DNA of 64,000 bases from Sedimentisphaerales bacterium. Its GTDB lineage: Bacteria; Planctomycetota; Phycisphaerae; Sedimentisphaerales; SM23-30. Below are positions 1 through 10,413 of this stretch, in pieces. The stretch lies in assembly GCA_963666285.1 (NCBI GenBank), contig OY762711.1. The stretch is one strand, 5' to 3'. Below the pieces are notes generated by a model. That model was not told the origin of the DNA, did no database searches, and saw only the letters and a list, made by a program, of their open reading frames with translations. Position 1 is the stretch's first letter. Each line of letters opens with the position of its first letter. The position numbers and the translations under genes are program-made.

Positions 1-147
1 TATAGTCAAGATGTATGTAAATTATATTGCATTTTGTGTAACTTGAAAAATAACAGAGAATTCATTGAAGAAGATTATAAGAGTTTACTAACCGAGCAAC
101 GTAGTCCATATGACTGGATTTGGAGAAATCCTACAATAATAAAATGA
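1..147 (+). CDS. Possible 3' end of an upstream hypothetical gene (partial)
   Basis: Frame +1 is open from base 1 to TGA at 145-147 (YSQDVCKLY...WIWRNPTIIK*), AT-rich, and is followed by a GTGGGT...ACCCAC hairpin. Confidence 0.35.
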   Translation, partial: YSQDVCKLYCILCNLKNNREFIEEDYKSLLTEQRSPYDWIWRNPTIIK

Positions 148-415
148 TATTTTACAGCGTGGGTTCTTCGACGATAAAACGTCGAAATATACCCACCCTT
201 GTCATATGGTAGATTTGTGCTAAGATAGGTTTGTTTGGGCTTGTATGGTTGAATATGACAAGAATATTTATCTAGTTGAGAAAATGTCGTTTTTATTGTA
301 ATATGCAGACAGTAGCCCCGGTTTAGGCGATGCCGACGGGGTAGTTTTGATAAAATAGCTAAAATTTACCGGCCTGTCGGCATAAACCGGCCTGTAGACG
401 ATAAAGGAAATAAAA

Positions 416-1438
416 ATGATAGTAGTAATGACCCCCGAATCAACCGAGGTGCAGCTGAGCCATGTGGTAGACCTGGTAACTGAGATGGGGCTGACCACCC
501 ATATTATCAGGGGTACCGATCGTACTGTTGTAGCTGCCGTTGGTGATAAGCGTAATACTGATAAGAGTGCGATAGAGAACTGCGAAGGTGTCGAGAAGAT
601 CGTGCCGATCCTGGCACCGTTTAAGGTAGCCTCCAAGGAAGTCAAACACGAAAAGACTGTTGTTGAGCTCAAGCCTGGTGGTGGCACTGTCGGTGGTAAG
701 TCTATAGGCGTGATCGCCGGCCCCTGTGCGGTAGAATCCAGGGAGCAGGTTATGGAAGTAGCCCACGCGATAAAAGCTTCCGGTGCAATCGGCCTTCGTG
801 GCGGAGCGTATAAGCCTCGTACCTCACCGTATTCGTTCCAGGGCCTGGCGGAAAAGGGGCTGGAATATCTGGCCGAGGCCGGTCAGGAGACAGGGTTGGC
901 GATTGTTACCGAGGTTTTGAACGAGAATCATTGTGAGATGGTGGGTCAGTATGCCGATGTATTGCAGATAGGTGCCCGTAATATGCAGAATTTTATGCTG
1001 CTGAACGCTGCCGGTCGTCAGAAAAAGCCTGTCCTGCTGAAACGTGGTATGGTTGCAAGTATGGAAGAGTTCCTGCTGGCGGCAGAATATATTATCAATG
1101 CCGGTAACCCAAATGTTATCCTGTGCGAGCGTGGTGTGCGCACCTTTGAGCAATATTGCCGCAATACGCTGAACCTGTCGATAGTCCCGGCGATCCAGCG
1201 AGTAAGCCATCTGCCGATTATTGTTGATCCCAGCCATGGTACAGGTCATGCCTATATGGTTGAGCCTGCCTCAAAAGCTGCTATTGCCAGTGGTGCGGAC
1301 GGCTTGATTATCGAAGTTCATCCCGATCCGGAACATGCGTGCAGCGATGCCGGTCAGCAGCTAACGCCCGCAGCGTTTGATGCTCTTATGAAATCAGTTG
1401 GCCGAGTTGCTCATGCGGTAGATCGGGAGATGCCGTAG
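416..1438 (+). CDS. aroF: DAHP synthase (type I-beta) with N-terminal ferredoxin-like regulatory domain
   Basis: IAGPCAVES, GGAYKPRTSPYSFQG, QIGARNMQN, LCERG and DPSHGTG motifs; ~70-aa N-terminal extension (MIVVM...VVAAVGD); AAGGA SD. Confidence 0.95.
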   Translation: MIVVMTPESTEVQLSHVVDLVTEMGLTTHIIRGTDRTVVAAVGDKRNTDKSAIENCEGVEKIVPILAPFKVASKEVKHEKTVVELKPGGGTVGGKSIGVIAGPCAVESREQVMEVAHAIKASGAIGLRGGAYKPRTSPYSFQGLAEKGLEYLAEAGQETGLAIVTEVLNENHCEMVGQYADVLQIGARNMQNFMLLNAAGRQKKPVLLKRGMVASMEEFLLAAEYIINAGNPNVILCERGVRTFEQYCRNTLNLSIVPAIQRVSHLPIIVDPSHGTGHAYMVEPASKAAIASGADGLIIEVHPDPEHACSDAGQQLTPAAFDALMKSVGRVAHAVDREMP

Positions 1439-1522
1439 AATGCCAGTTGGCATGGCAGTTGACGGCTGATGTTGGGTCGGACAATTATACAAATTACTTG
1501 CTAAATAGAGGATGGTGATGGT

Positions 1523-2557
1523 ATGCGAGTGATAGATCTTCGAAGTGATACGATAACCAAGCCTTGCCAGGCTATGCGTCAGGCGATGGCTAATGCCGAG
1601 GTTGGCGATGATGTGCTCGAAGCTGACCCAACGGTTGCAAAACTGGAAGAGTTTACTGCTGAGATATTAGGGATGGAGGCGTCGATATTTGTGCCTTCAG
1701 GCACGATGTCGAACCAGCTGGCGGTGCGATGTCTGACCGAGCCGGGTGATGAGATAATCATGGAGGAAAACTCGCATTGTTACTTTTATGAGGCAGGGGC
1801 ACCGGCTGCATTGTCCGGGGTAAGCTGCCGGTTGATTGGGGGCAGAAACGGGATATTTTCAGCTTGTGATGTTCAGATGGCATTGCGGCCCGCAAATATA
1901 CACTTTTTGCCGACTAAAGCTGTGCTTCTGGAAAATACTCATAACCGCGGCGGCGGGGCGGTTTGGCCTGTCGATGCGGTAAAGGAGGTGTCGGAATTTG
2001 CTAGGTCACGCGGGCTGAAGATGCATATGGACGGTGCGCGGTTATGGAATGCATCGGCGGCATCCGGGGTAAGCGAAAGTGAATATGCTAAGTATTTCGA
2101 TACGGTGAACGTCTGCTTTTCGAAGGGGCTGGGAGCACCGGTTGGTTCAGCTCTGGCCGGACCAAAAGATATCATAGAACGGGCGAGAAGATTCCGCAAG
2201 CAGTTCGGCGGTGCTATGAGGCAGTCCGGCATTATTGCGGCGGGTGCTTTGTTCGCGTTGGAGAAGAATCGAGAGCGGTTGAGAGAAGACCATGATAATG
2301 CAAGGATGCTGGCGGAAGGTCTGGCCAGGATAGAAGGTTTAGAAATAGACCTTGATACTGTTCAAACCAATATCATTGTAGTAAAAGCAAAAAATATGCT
2401 TGCAGAGCCGCTGGTTAACAGGCTGGCGGAAAAAGGGGTATGGGTGCTGCCTGTAAGCGGCTATGCGATTAGGGCGGTTACAAGCCTGGCAGTGAATGCT
2501 GACGATATTCAGGCAGCTGTCAAAGCGTTTGAACAGGCAGTTTCCGGGAATAGTTAA
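1523..2557 (+). CDS. ltaE: Low-specificity L-threonine aldolase
   Basis: IDLRSDT, VGDDV..DPT, SGTMSN, LENTHN, HMDGAR and PLP-lysine CFSKGLGAPVGS motifs. Confidence 0.95.
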   Translation: MRVIDLRSDTITKPCQAMRQAMANAEVGDDVLEADPTVAKLEEFTAEILGMEASIFVPSGTMSNQLAVRCLTEPGDEIIMEENSHCYFYEAGAPAALSGVSCRLIGGRNGIFSACDVQMALRPANIHFLPTKAVLLENTHNRGGGAVWPVDAVKEVSEFARSRGLKMHMDGARLWNASAASGVSESEYAKYFDTVNVCFSKGLGAPVGSALAGPKDIIERARRFRKQFGGAMRQSGIIAAGALFALEKNRERLREDHDNARMLAEGLARIEGLEIDLDTVQTNIIVVKAKNMLAEPLVNRLAEKGVWVLPVSGYAIRAVTSLAVNADDIQAAVKAFEQAVSGNS

Positions 2558-2611
2558 GGACACGTCTAAAGATCCATCTTTCGCAACAAAAGCAATTTCT
2601 AGAAGTACCCT
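2557..2611. repeat. Internally deleted copy of the ~164-bp MITE-like repeat
   Basis: Degenerate left end AGGACACGTCTAAA and right end TTCGCAACAAAAGCAATTTCTAGAAGTACCCT, matching the copies at 8037 and 10102. Confidence 0.65.
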
Positions 2612-2723
2612 TAGGGTTGGTTCCCAATACTTTTAAGAAGGATATGCTTATTATTTGATTTTGGCGGGTTGGGTTTGTATACTTCAGCAAAACAGGTTAA
2701 ATGAAGAATATGATACCTTAAAG

Positions 2724-4061
2724 ATGAAACAGACAAGTTCTAGAGCACTGAAGATAGGGGCGATGAAGTCCGGTTATATTGAAGGCTGTTTCGCTATGCT
2801 TATGCTGGCGATGACTGAAGCCTTTTATATACCGTATTTGAATGCGCTGGGGGCCAGCCCGCTTCAGATAGGTCTGGGAGCATCTCTGCCGGCGTTGGTG
2901 TCGGCACTGGCACAATTATTTGCGCCTTCTGTTTTGTATTATTTTAACAGTCGTAAGAAGATGGTGGTTGTGACTGTCCTGGTTCAGGCGTCAGCGTTTA
3001 TTCCATTCGCGATTGCATGTCAGCTGCAGGAATCCTGGAATGTATGGTCGGCAATATCCGCGTTTCTGATCTCTGCGATTGCCGGAAATACCGGGGCTTC
3101 AGCATGGTCGGACTGGATGGCGAATATAATACCGTCCAGTCGTCGCGGCAGGTACTTTGCAGGTCGTAACCGGCTGCTTGGTGTTATTCAGCTGGTGGTG
3201 TCTATCACTGCCGGGCTGATTCTGGACAAAACTGCCGGAAAGGTGTTGACCGCATTTATGATGATATGGTTCGGCTGCTTTTTTGTGAGGACAATATCCG
3301 GGCTTATCCTTATGACGATGTACGATCCACCGGTGGCAGTATCAAAACCGAGCAGGGAAACCAGTTTTATTGTATTTTTGAGAAATCTGACAAAGAACAA
3401 TTTCGGCAGGTTTACTATCGCAACTTCTTTGATGAGTATCGGTACGAACTTTTCTGCTCCCTTTTTTGCGATCCATATGCTCAATCATCTGCATTTATCA
3501 TATCTTCAGTATGTAACGGTGAATATGACGGCGACAGCGGCAACGATAGTATCTTTGGGATTATGGGGAAAGTTAGTTGACAGGTTCGGCAGTGTGATTT
3601 TGCTGCGTATTTGTGCCGGGAGTATTGTGCTGCTGCCGGCATACTGGATATTTTTTGACCAGTTCAGTGCTTTACTATTAATTCAGGTCCTTGCCGGTTT
3701 TTCCTGGGGTGGGTTTAACCTGGCCGCGGTTATTTTTTATATGGGAGCAATTGATAGAAAACAGCGGGTAAGCAGTATAGCATATTTTAACTCTATCAAC
3801 TTCATCTGTGTAGCGGCCGGAGCGGCATTGGGTGGTGTGATAGGTCCGCTGCTGCCTGCGATAGGTAAATATCCGCTGTTGACGATCTTTATGGTAAGTA
3901 CAATTTTGAGACTTGGCCCTTCATTTCTTTTTGCCGCGGTCAAGGAACCAAAGGATATTATCGGCAGGAAAGGTCTTGATACCGCATTTTCCGATCCTCG
4001 AGTCAATATCCAGACAGGTATTGTTCGATCAATTTCTAAGATATTCAAGCGCAATATCTAA
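2724..4061 (+). CDS. MFS transporter
   Basis: ~12 hydrophobic segments; WMANIIP..RRGRYF and WGKLVDRFG motifs; ATG at 2724 preferred over TTG at 2655. Confidence 0.85.
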   Translation: MKQTSSRALKIGAMKSGYIEGCFAMLMLAMTEAFYIPYLNALGASPLQIGLGASLPALVSALAQLFAPSVLYYFNSRKKMVVVTVLVQASAFIPFAIACQLQESWNVWSAISAFLISAIAGNTGASAWSDWMANIIPSSRRGRYFAGRNRLLGVIQLVVSITAGLILDKTAGKVLTAFMMIWFGCFFVRTISGLILMTMYDPPVAVSKPSRETSFIVFLRNLTKNNFGRFTIATSLMSIGTNFSAPFFAIHMLNHLHLSYLQYVTVNMTATAATIVSLGLWGKLVDRFGSVILLRICAGSIVLLPAYWIFFDQFSALLLIQVLAGFSWGGFNLAAVIFYMGAIDRKQRVSSIAYFNSINFICVAAGAALGGVIGPLLPAIGKYPLLTIFMVSTILRLGPSFLFAAVKEPKDIIGRKGLDTAFSDPRVNIQTGIVRSISKIFKRNI

Positions 4062-4136
4062 AGAGAATATCGTTTGGGTGGAATTATCGAAGCAGTTGTT
4101 AACTGTATAAGACAGTACATGAATCGGGTAAAGAAA

Positions 4137-4167
4137 TAAAAAGGCTCATCTAGGAAAAGATGAGCCT
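4137..4167 (-). terminator. Intrinsic terminator between convergent genes
   Basis: AGGCTCATCT/AGATGAGCCT stem with a 5' A-run (U-tract on minus strand). Confidence 0.7.
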
Positions 4168-4197
4168 ATGATAATTATAGAAGAAATTATTTTTGTT

Positions 4198-4437
4198 TTA
4201 TGCAGCACCTACGGCCATATACATCCCGGTAAATTGTAAAACAGAACCTATAATACTAATTGCCAGATATTTCCATGTTTCGCCAAAGTTCATGATAACG
4301 TATATCAGGCAAGCAGGTGAAAGAATCAGGCATAAGATTCCCCAAAGTGGCGAAGATTCTTTCCATGCATGAACAACAATAAGAATCCAGCCAATAATAC
4401 CAATAATCAGACCTATTGAAGTTAAAAGACCAGCCAT
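4198..4437 (-). CDS. Small membrane protein
   Basis: 79 aa, ~3 TM segments, AWKES.LWG motif, GGAG SD. Confidence 0.7.
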   Translation of the reverse strand: MAGLLTSIGLIIGIIGWILIVVHAWKESSPLWGILCLILSPACLIYVIMNFGETWKYLAISIIGSVLQFTGMYMAVGAA

Positions 4438-4701
4438 AATAAAATCTCCAAATCAAAAAACAAAACATAACATGCCAACCAATTCAGCATAACGGCTGTA
4501 TTATAGAGTATAATATAGCCGTATGTCAAGAGTGTCGGTAGGCATTTGCCTGCTTTTGAATAGATTTGCTTTTGTTAGATGCATCTAACTATAATCTTAT
4601 GAATAGTGGAAAGAGCCGTTCTGTAACTACCTGCCTGGAATGGGCTTATAATCATAAGAGGAAGCTGCGATAACGCTTTGTTATTGAGAGAGAGGTGTTG
4701 A

Positions 4702-5724
4702 ATGCAAATAGCAGTTTATAATACAAAACCGTATATTGAGAAGTTTTTTACCCATCTAAACCGCAAATTTAATCATGACCTGGAGTTTTTAACAGAAAGG
4801 CTCGATGCCGAGACAGCGCATCTTGCTGCCGGGAAAAAAGCGGTGTGTATATTTGTGAATGATTGTGCTGATGCCGAGACATTGCGAGTGTTGAAGAGTG
4901 TTGGAGTTGAGTTGATAGCGTTACGATGTGCGGGATATAATAATGTTGATTTAGAGCAAGCCAAGCAGCTGGGTCTTTGTGTTGTGCGAGTGCCGGCATA
5001 TTCACCGTATGCGGTCGCGGAGCATACCGTCGCCCTTATGATGGCACTCAATCGGAAGATATACCGGGCACATGGCCGGGTGCGTGAAGGTAATTTTTCA
5101 CTTGAAGGTTTGATGGGATTTGATATGCACGGGACGCCGGCCGGGATAATAGGAGCGGGCAAGATTGGCCGGGTAGTGGCAAAGATTCTAAATGGGTTTG
5201 GCTGTGAATTGTATGTGTATGATCCCAATAAAAATGAAGAGCTAGCTGCTATGGGAGTGAATTTTGTTGACCTGGATGAACTCTATCGAAAATCATATAT
5301 TATATCGCTTCATTGTCCGCTAACTCCGCAAACGAATCATTTAATAGACGCTGAGGCAATTAATAAAATGCGTGATTGCGTTATGCTTATTAACACCAGT
5401 CGGGGAGGTTTAATAGATACCATGGCAGCAATAGATGGATTAAAGAGTGGAAAGATCGGGTACCTGGGATTGGATGTATATGAGGAAGAGGATGGTATGT
5501 TTTTTGAGGATTTGTCAGATCAGATTATCCAGGACGATATTTTTGCGAGGCTGCTGATGTTTCCGAATGTACTTATTACCGGTCATCAGGCGTTTTATAC
5601 ATTTAACGCGGTAAAGGCGATTGCGGAGACAACACTGGAGAATATGGAATGTTTTGAGAAAGAACGACCTCAGAATATACTTACCTGTCGATGTAGAGAG
5701 AGGCAGCAGATAATCAGCAGGTAG
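4702..5724 (+). CDS. ldhA: D-lactate dehydrogenase / D-2-hydroxyacid dehydrogenase
   Basis: LRCAGYNNVD, VPAYSPYAVAEH, GAGKIG, INTSRG, LDVYEEE and TGHQAF motifs. Confidence 0.9.
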   Translation: MQIAVYNTKPYIEKFFTHLNRKFNHDLEFLTERLDAETAHLAAGKKAVCIFVNDCADAETLRVLKSVGVELIALRCAGYNNVDLEQAKQLGLCVVRVPAYSPYAVAEHTVALMMALNRKIYRAHGRVREGNFSLEGLMGFDMHGTPAGIIGAGKIGRVVAKILNGFGCELYVYDPNKNEELAAMGVNFVDLDELYRKSYIISLHCPLTPQTNHLIDAEAINKMRDCVMLINTSRGGLIDTMAAIDGLKSGKIGYLGLDVYEEEDGMFFEDLSDQIIQDDIFARLLMFPNVLITGHQAFYTFNAVKAIAETTLENMECFEKERPQNILTCRCRERQQIISR

Positions 5725-5767
5725 AAATGGGAGTAGATACAGAGGGGAAATTCAGGTAATTAAACTG

Positions 5768-5809
5768 ATCTTAAACAATCGCATCAAAAGCAATTTCCAG
5801 AGGTCCCCT
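5768..5809. repeat. Right-end fragment of the MITE-like repeat
   Basis: ATCTTAAACAATCGCATCAAAAGCAATTTCCAGAGGTCCCCT matches the right end of the full copies. Confidence 0.65.
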
Positions 5810-5988
5810 TAATTAATTAGCTTGTAAGTAAGTGCGATTTATGCTTCGCATCATATACATGGCGTACTTTCGACTGTTCGTCTCTATATGCAAAGTTATT
5901 TTTGGCAATTAATGCGGCTTGAAATGTGCGGAAGTTAACATATAATAGTTCATAAATAAATGAATTTATATGATAGCGAGTGTGCAAA

Positions 5989-7008
5989 ATGAAGCATTTA
6001 GTTGTATGTTGTGATGGTACCTGGCAGGAGTTGGAGTCTTTGTACCCAACAAATGTCATGAAAATGGCACAATCTGTAAAATCCAAAGACGGCAAAGGTA
6101 ATCCGCAGATAATATATTATGATGAAGGTGTAGGAACCGAGAGCAAAAATGTCTTAACCGGCGGAGCGTTTGGCTGGGGGCTGGATAAGAATATTCTGCA
6201 GGCATATGTCTTTTTATGTCTGAATTATGTCGAAGGTGACAAGATCTATTTATTCGGCTTTAGTCGGGGAGCTTATACCGTGCGTTCGCTGGCCGGTTTG
6301 ATATATTGTTCAGGGCTGCTGAGGAGAGAGAAGATACGCTTGACGCCAAGGGCGTTTGAGCTGTATCGTGACCGTGAAATTAAGCCGTCAAGTGCGGAAG
6401 CGGTGAATTTTCGTAAAGCTTATGGTGATCGGGTTCCAATTGAGGTGCTGGGTTGCTGGGATACAGTCGGTTCGCTGGGTGTGCCGGACCAGATCCCGTT
6501 TCTGCCAATAGATAACTGGATAAATGCCAGATATCAATATCATGATACGGTAATAAATCGCATGGTAAAGAATGCTTTTCATGCGAAGGCTATCGATGAG
6601 CAGCGAAAGGTGTTTGATGTGAGTCCGATGACGGCATATAAGGATTGCGGCCATAAAATAGTAGAGAAATGGTTTCCTGGTGACCATGTCTGTGTGGGCG
6701 GCGGCGAAGAAAAAACAGCAAAGTTGTCTAACCGATGCCTGGAATGGATGGTCGAACAGCTTGAGATATGTGGTTGCGGCTTAAATGTAGATTTGTCTCT
6801 TGCTGAGGGTGGTGTCCAGACGGATTGTACAATAGACTTTGAAAATTCTATTAACAGTATGTTCAAGTTTTTAGGCAGGCGTGCCAGGGTAATTGAGGGT
6901 AGTTTTGACAATCTGGATGAGTCGGTAATTCGCAGATGGAGAGTGCTTGACTATTATCGACCGAAGAACCTTGCCGAGCGTTTTGGTAATTTACTGGATT
7001 CGCTATAG
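5989..7008 (+). CDS. DUF2235 / Tle1-like alpha/beta hydrolase
   Basis: VVCCDGT, TNV, Y..GVGT, FGFSRGAYTVR, WDTV, AIDE.R and WFPG.H..VGGG motifs. Confidence 0.88.
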   Translation: MKHLVVCCDGTWQELESLYPTNVMKMAQSVKSKDGKGNPQIIYYDEGVGTESKNVLTGGAFGWGLDKNILQAYVFLCLNYVEGDKIYLFGFSRGAYTVRSLAGLIYCSGLLRREKIRLTPRAFELYRDREIKPSSAEAVNFRKAYGDRVPIEVLGCWDTVGSLGVPDQIPFLPIDNWINARYQYHDTVINRMVKNAFHAKAIDEQRKVFDVSPMTAYKDCGHKIVEKWFPGDHVCVGGGEEKTAKLSNRCLEWMVEQLEICGCGLNVDLSLAEGGVQTDCTIDFENSINSMFKFLGRRARVIEGSFDNLDESVIRRWRVLDYYRPKNLAERFGNLLDSL

Positions 7009-7039
7009 TTTTATGGTGTATCTTTCAGCAGTCTGTTGG

Positions 7040-7951
7040 TTATGGTGTCATTGTTACAGGTTTGATTAACCCATTTGTGTCGTATTCAAGGTTTTCGACC
7101 GCTGTTTTACGAGATCCGCGATACGGTCCATCTCCAGAAACGTTTTCCCAGCGGTGGTAGAAAATGTACCATTTTTTAGCAGCGTTATCATAGACGATTG
7201 AGTGGTGTCCTGGTCCTTTATAGGCGGCATTGGTTTGGAGAATAGGTCCTTTGTAGTCCCATGGTCCGATGGGTGATTTAGCGGTGCAGTAGTGAACGGA
7301 ATATGAGCTGCTATGCCAGGCGCCGTGGCTGTATGACAGGTAGTATAGCCCATTATAGAAATGCATAAAGGCACCTTCAGTGAAGAAGGGTGGATTTTGT
7401 ACTTCAATTTCTCGTGCTAGCTCAGTCATGTTATTATTGAGTTCAAAAACTTTCAGTTTTGAACCTGCACTGCCGCCAAAGTAAAGGTAGCATATGCCGG
7501 AATTTGGGTCTTCAAATGCCATCGGGTCGATAGCTTCAAAATCAGGAGAGTTGTTGTCTGCGATAAGTGCCTTGCCGCTGTCTTTGAACGGTCCCAGAGG
7601 TGAATTGCCGGTAGCGACACCAATATGTGATGGCTTTGGACCGACCGAATAGTAGAAGTAACAGGTGTTATCTTTACTTATTATTGCCGGTGCCCAGGCA
7701 CTTTTATCTTCCGGAATCCAGTCAATTTTCCTGAAATCCAGTATCGGTTTGTGAGTTTGCCAGTTGACAAGGTCGGTGGAACTGTAAACGTAGAAAAAGT
7801 TGCTTCTGCCTGAGGTTGGGTAGACGTAGAATGTATCACCTATTTTAACAGCATGCGGGTCGGCAGCTCTAAAAATGGGATTTTCGGCGATTGCAGAAAA
7901 ATTAACGGCAAACACAAGGAATGCGAAGTTTAACAATACTTTTATCTTCAT
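7040..7951 (-). CDS. Secreted glycoside hydrolase family 43
   Basis: Signal peptide; ADP, WAP, AIDP, EGAF and GPGHHS motifs. Confidence 0.9.
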   Translation of the reverse strand: MKIKVLLNFAFLVFAVNFSAIAENPIFRAADPHAVKIGDTFYVYPTSGRSNFFYVYSSTDLVNWQTHKPILDFRKIDWIPEDKSAWAPAIISKDNTCYFYYSVGPKPSHIGVATGNSPLGPFKDSGKALIADNNSPDFEAIDPMAFEDPNSGICYLYFGGSAGSKLKVFELNNNMTELAREIEVQNPPFFTEGAFMHFYNGLYYLSYSHGAWHSSSYSVHYCTAKSPIGPWDYKGPILQTNAAYKGPGHHSIVYDNAAKKWYIFYHRWENVSGDGPYRGSRKTAVENLEYDTNGLIKPVTMTP

Positions 7952-8036
7952 AAATGAGTATTTTATGAGAAACGAAATACAATATCTAACAAAAAATATC
8001 CTGGCCTGAATGGCCGGATGTATCGAGTTTCAATTA

Positions 8037-8200
8037 AAGGCCACCACTAAAAAATCATTTTAAGCGAAAGATGGATCTTTTGCTTGCTGATCTGCGTCAG
8101 ATAAAACCGCGAATATAGCCCAATATGCACGATTTTATCTTTCTTGCCAGTAAACAAAATACCTCACCTTCGCAACAAAAGCAATTTCCAGAGGTCCCCT
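8037..8200. mobile_element. ~164-bp palindromic MITE-like element, copy A
   Basis: Highly similar to 10102-10265 and related to 19758-19920; imperfect terminal inverted repeats; no ORF. Confidence 0.75.
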
Positions 8201-8206
8201 AAAAAG

Positions 8207-8242
8207 AAAAAGCAGAGTTATCGGTTAATGACAACTCTGCTT
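8207..8242 (-). terminator. Terminator of ECF cassette 1
   Basis: AAGCAGAGTT/AACTCTGCTT stem plus an A-run on +. Confidence 0.7.
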
Positions 8243-8270
8243 ATTTATTGTAGATGATTATAAGATTTTG

Positions 8271-9470
8271 TTAGTTATTGAATACTTCCGGCAGGTCCTG
8301 TTCGGAGCATTCTTCTACTGTCAGATCGCCATAAATGACATGCCAGTTATCAGAATTTTGCGGGTGCCACCAGAAGACAGGAGTTTCAGCTTCGCCGAGT
8401 TTTACACCTTTGCCATTGTAGTACCATTGTCCCTGCCCTTTGTACATTCGAATGAATACCAGTCCCTGGCCCCATTTGGTAGCGATTTCGACCTGCTGCT
8501 CATTTGACAGTTTTTTGTCTTTGAAGGCTTTTTCCATCCGGGTTTGAGCAAACTTGACCATATCTTCAAGTCCGACGCTGTCAGGGAAGAATCCGTCATT
8601 CATAATTTCCGAGGTTAGTCTCAGCATTTCGATGAAGTTTTCTTCTGTGTTGGCAGAGAAATCGATAGCCGTTTTCTGCTCGGTATAACCATCCGGTACT
8701 TCCATACTGAAAACAGATTCATCAATATCGACATTGAACTTGATATTATCACATGTAATAGTAGTATTGGCGTTTTGTTCTATGACCTTGACAGGCATTG
8801 ATGTAGCCGGTTCGATCCAGATTGTAATGGCATATTGCGGTCGGTCTTTTACGGTTGCTTTGTAGACATAATATTCAATGTTATTCTCAGTTTTGTAGCC
8901 AATATCTTCAACCTCGAAATAATCGCTATCGAGAAGTTTTTGCATCAGGTTTTGCATATGGACTAAATAATTCTGGATATTCCCAAGTCCGTCAAGTTTT
9001 ACATAAGTAACAGTTTTTTCTTGAGGAGATATGGTCATTAGCTTCATCTCATTCAGGTCAATTACCATCCTGGCACCTTGAATACCACGTACTTCTCTGA
9101 ATATTTTTTGGCCCATAATAGTATCATTGATGACGGTCTGGTTTTCACCTTCACCGAGTATGATTTCCATTACAGCATTTTTAGCGTTGAGCAACGGTTT
9201 AATAGCATCAGCGAGAGCGATAGAACTGCCGCCGTTTGAGAAAGTCAAAAATATTGAAAGAGCAATAAGTATCACAGCAGCAGCTGCAATTTTAGTAAAT
9301 TTATTATTCATGATTTTACTCCAGTTATTCAACTTGCCGGTTGCTTTGTTTTGGCAAGAGTCTAATTCATTTTTAAGGTTTTCCAGTATATCGCGGTCAA
9401 GTTCCGGGTTGGTCTCAACAACGACGTTTTTCAAGATATTTTCTATATTGTTGTTATCTGCAGGTCTCAT
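8271..9470 (-). CDS. Putative anti-sigma factor 1 (short cytoplasmic N-terminus, single TM, LolA/RseB-like extracytoplasmic domain plus C-terminal domain)
   Basis: ATGA overlap with the ECF gene; TM 'KIAAAAVILIALSIFLTF'; 'IWIEPATSMP...FNVDIDESVFS..VPDGY' LolA-like signature. Confidence 0.75.
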   Translation of the reverse strand: MRPADNNNIENILKNVVVETNPELDRDILENLKNELDSCQNKATGKLNNWSKIMNNKFTKIAAAAVILIALSIFLTFSNGGSSIALADAIKPLLNAKNAVMEIILGEGENQTVINDTIMGQKIFREVRGIQGARMVIDLNEMKLMTISPQEKTVTYVKLDGLGNIQNYLVHMQNLMQKLLDSDYFEVEDIGYKTENNIEYYVYKATVKDRPQYAITIWIEPATSMPVKVIEQNANTTITCDNIKFNVDIDESVFSMEVPDGYTEQKTAIDFSANTEENFIEMLRLTSEIMNDGFFPDSVGLEDMVKFAQTRMEKAFKDKKLSNEQQVEIATKWGQGLVFIRMYKGQGQWYYNGKGVKLGEAETPVFWWHPQNSDNWHVIYGDLTVEECSEQDLPEVFNN

Positions 9471-10009
9471 GAAGTCACCTCACTTTCCATTAGCTTGCGT
9501 AACTTTTCCAGGCCATACTGGCATCGGCTCCGTACGGTTTTAGCCGACACCTTTTGCAGTTTGGCAATTTCTTTATATGTCATTTCTGCCTGAATATGTA
9601 GAACAACAGCTTCCCGCTGCTGGTATGGGATTTCAGCCATGGCCTGGCCTATCAGTTTCATTTCTTCGTTGATGATCAGCCATTTGTCAGGACTTTCTGA
9701 TATTTCCGGTTGGATGTCAGAATTATCCAGGTTAACTGTTGTCTTGTTACTGCTGATACGTAACATTGTTTTGGCCCGGTTGGCCGTACAGGTTGCCAGG
9801 AATGCTTTCAGGCTGCCGCCAGGTTTGTACGATTCAGGCTTTCGCACAAGTGTCAGGAAGACATCCTGTACAGTGTCTTCAGCGGCAGCAGTATTATTCA
9901 GCAGGCCGTAAGCTATTTTCAGCAGTAAATTTTTGTACCTGAGATAGATTATCTCCAGAGCCTGTTGGTTACCCATACGAAGCTGCCGGATAAGTACTTT
10001 ATCTTCCAT
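9467..10009 (-). CDS. ECF sigma factor 1
   Basis: Region 2 'AEDTVQDVF' and region 4 'QREAVVLH...TYKEIA....S.KTVRSR...GLEKLR'; 180 aa. Confidence 0.93.
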   Translation of the reverse strand: MEDKVLIRQLRMGNQQALEIIYLRYKNLLLKIAYGLLNNTAAAEDTVQDVFLTLVRKPESYKPGGSLKAFLATCTANRAKTMLRISSNKTTVNLDNSDIQPEISESPDKWLIINEEMKLIGQAMAEIPYQQREAVVLHIQAEMTYKEIAKLQKVSAKTVRSRCQYGLEKLRKLMESEVTS

Positions 10010-10101
10010 TAGTTACCTCATATGATAGTTACTTAATGATCAATCATCATTAATATAACTACTTTAGTGTGTAAAAGGCCTTAAATAAAATATAAAAGTA
10101 A

Positions 10102-10265
10102 TGGGGCACCTATAAAAAATCATTTTTAGCGAAAGATGGATCTTTTGCTTGCTGGTCTGCGTCAGATAAAACCGTGAATATAGCCCAATATGCAAGATTT
10201 TATCTTTCTTGCCGGCAATTATAACTCCTCACTTTCGCAATAAAAGCAATTTCTAGAAGTACCCT
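10102..10265. mobile_element. ~164-bp MITE-like element, copy B
   Basis: GGGGCACCTATAAAAA...TTTCTAGAAGTACCC ends; internal near-identity to copy A. Confidence 0.75.
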
Positions 10266-10413
10266 AATGTCTTTATCCCGGATGCTCTAAAATATCTTGA
10301 CAAATTTGTAATTTTATTCGATACTATGATATCGATATTGATATTGTTTTCGGTTTGAATAAGATTGTAACTGCATTATTTGCAGAATTTTATATAGATC
10401 AAAAGAGGTCACT

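Noticed and set aside
5989..7008. DUF2235 as a T6SS effector locus
   Set aside because: No vgrG, PAAR or immunity gene nearby
10290..10410. Rex operator upstream of rex (or ldhA)
   Set aside because: No convincing TTGTGAA-N4-TTCACAA match seen
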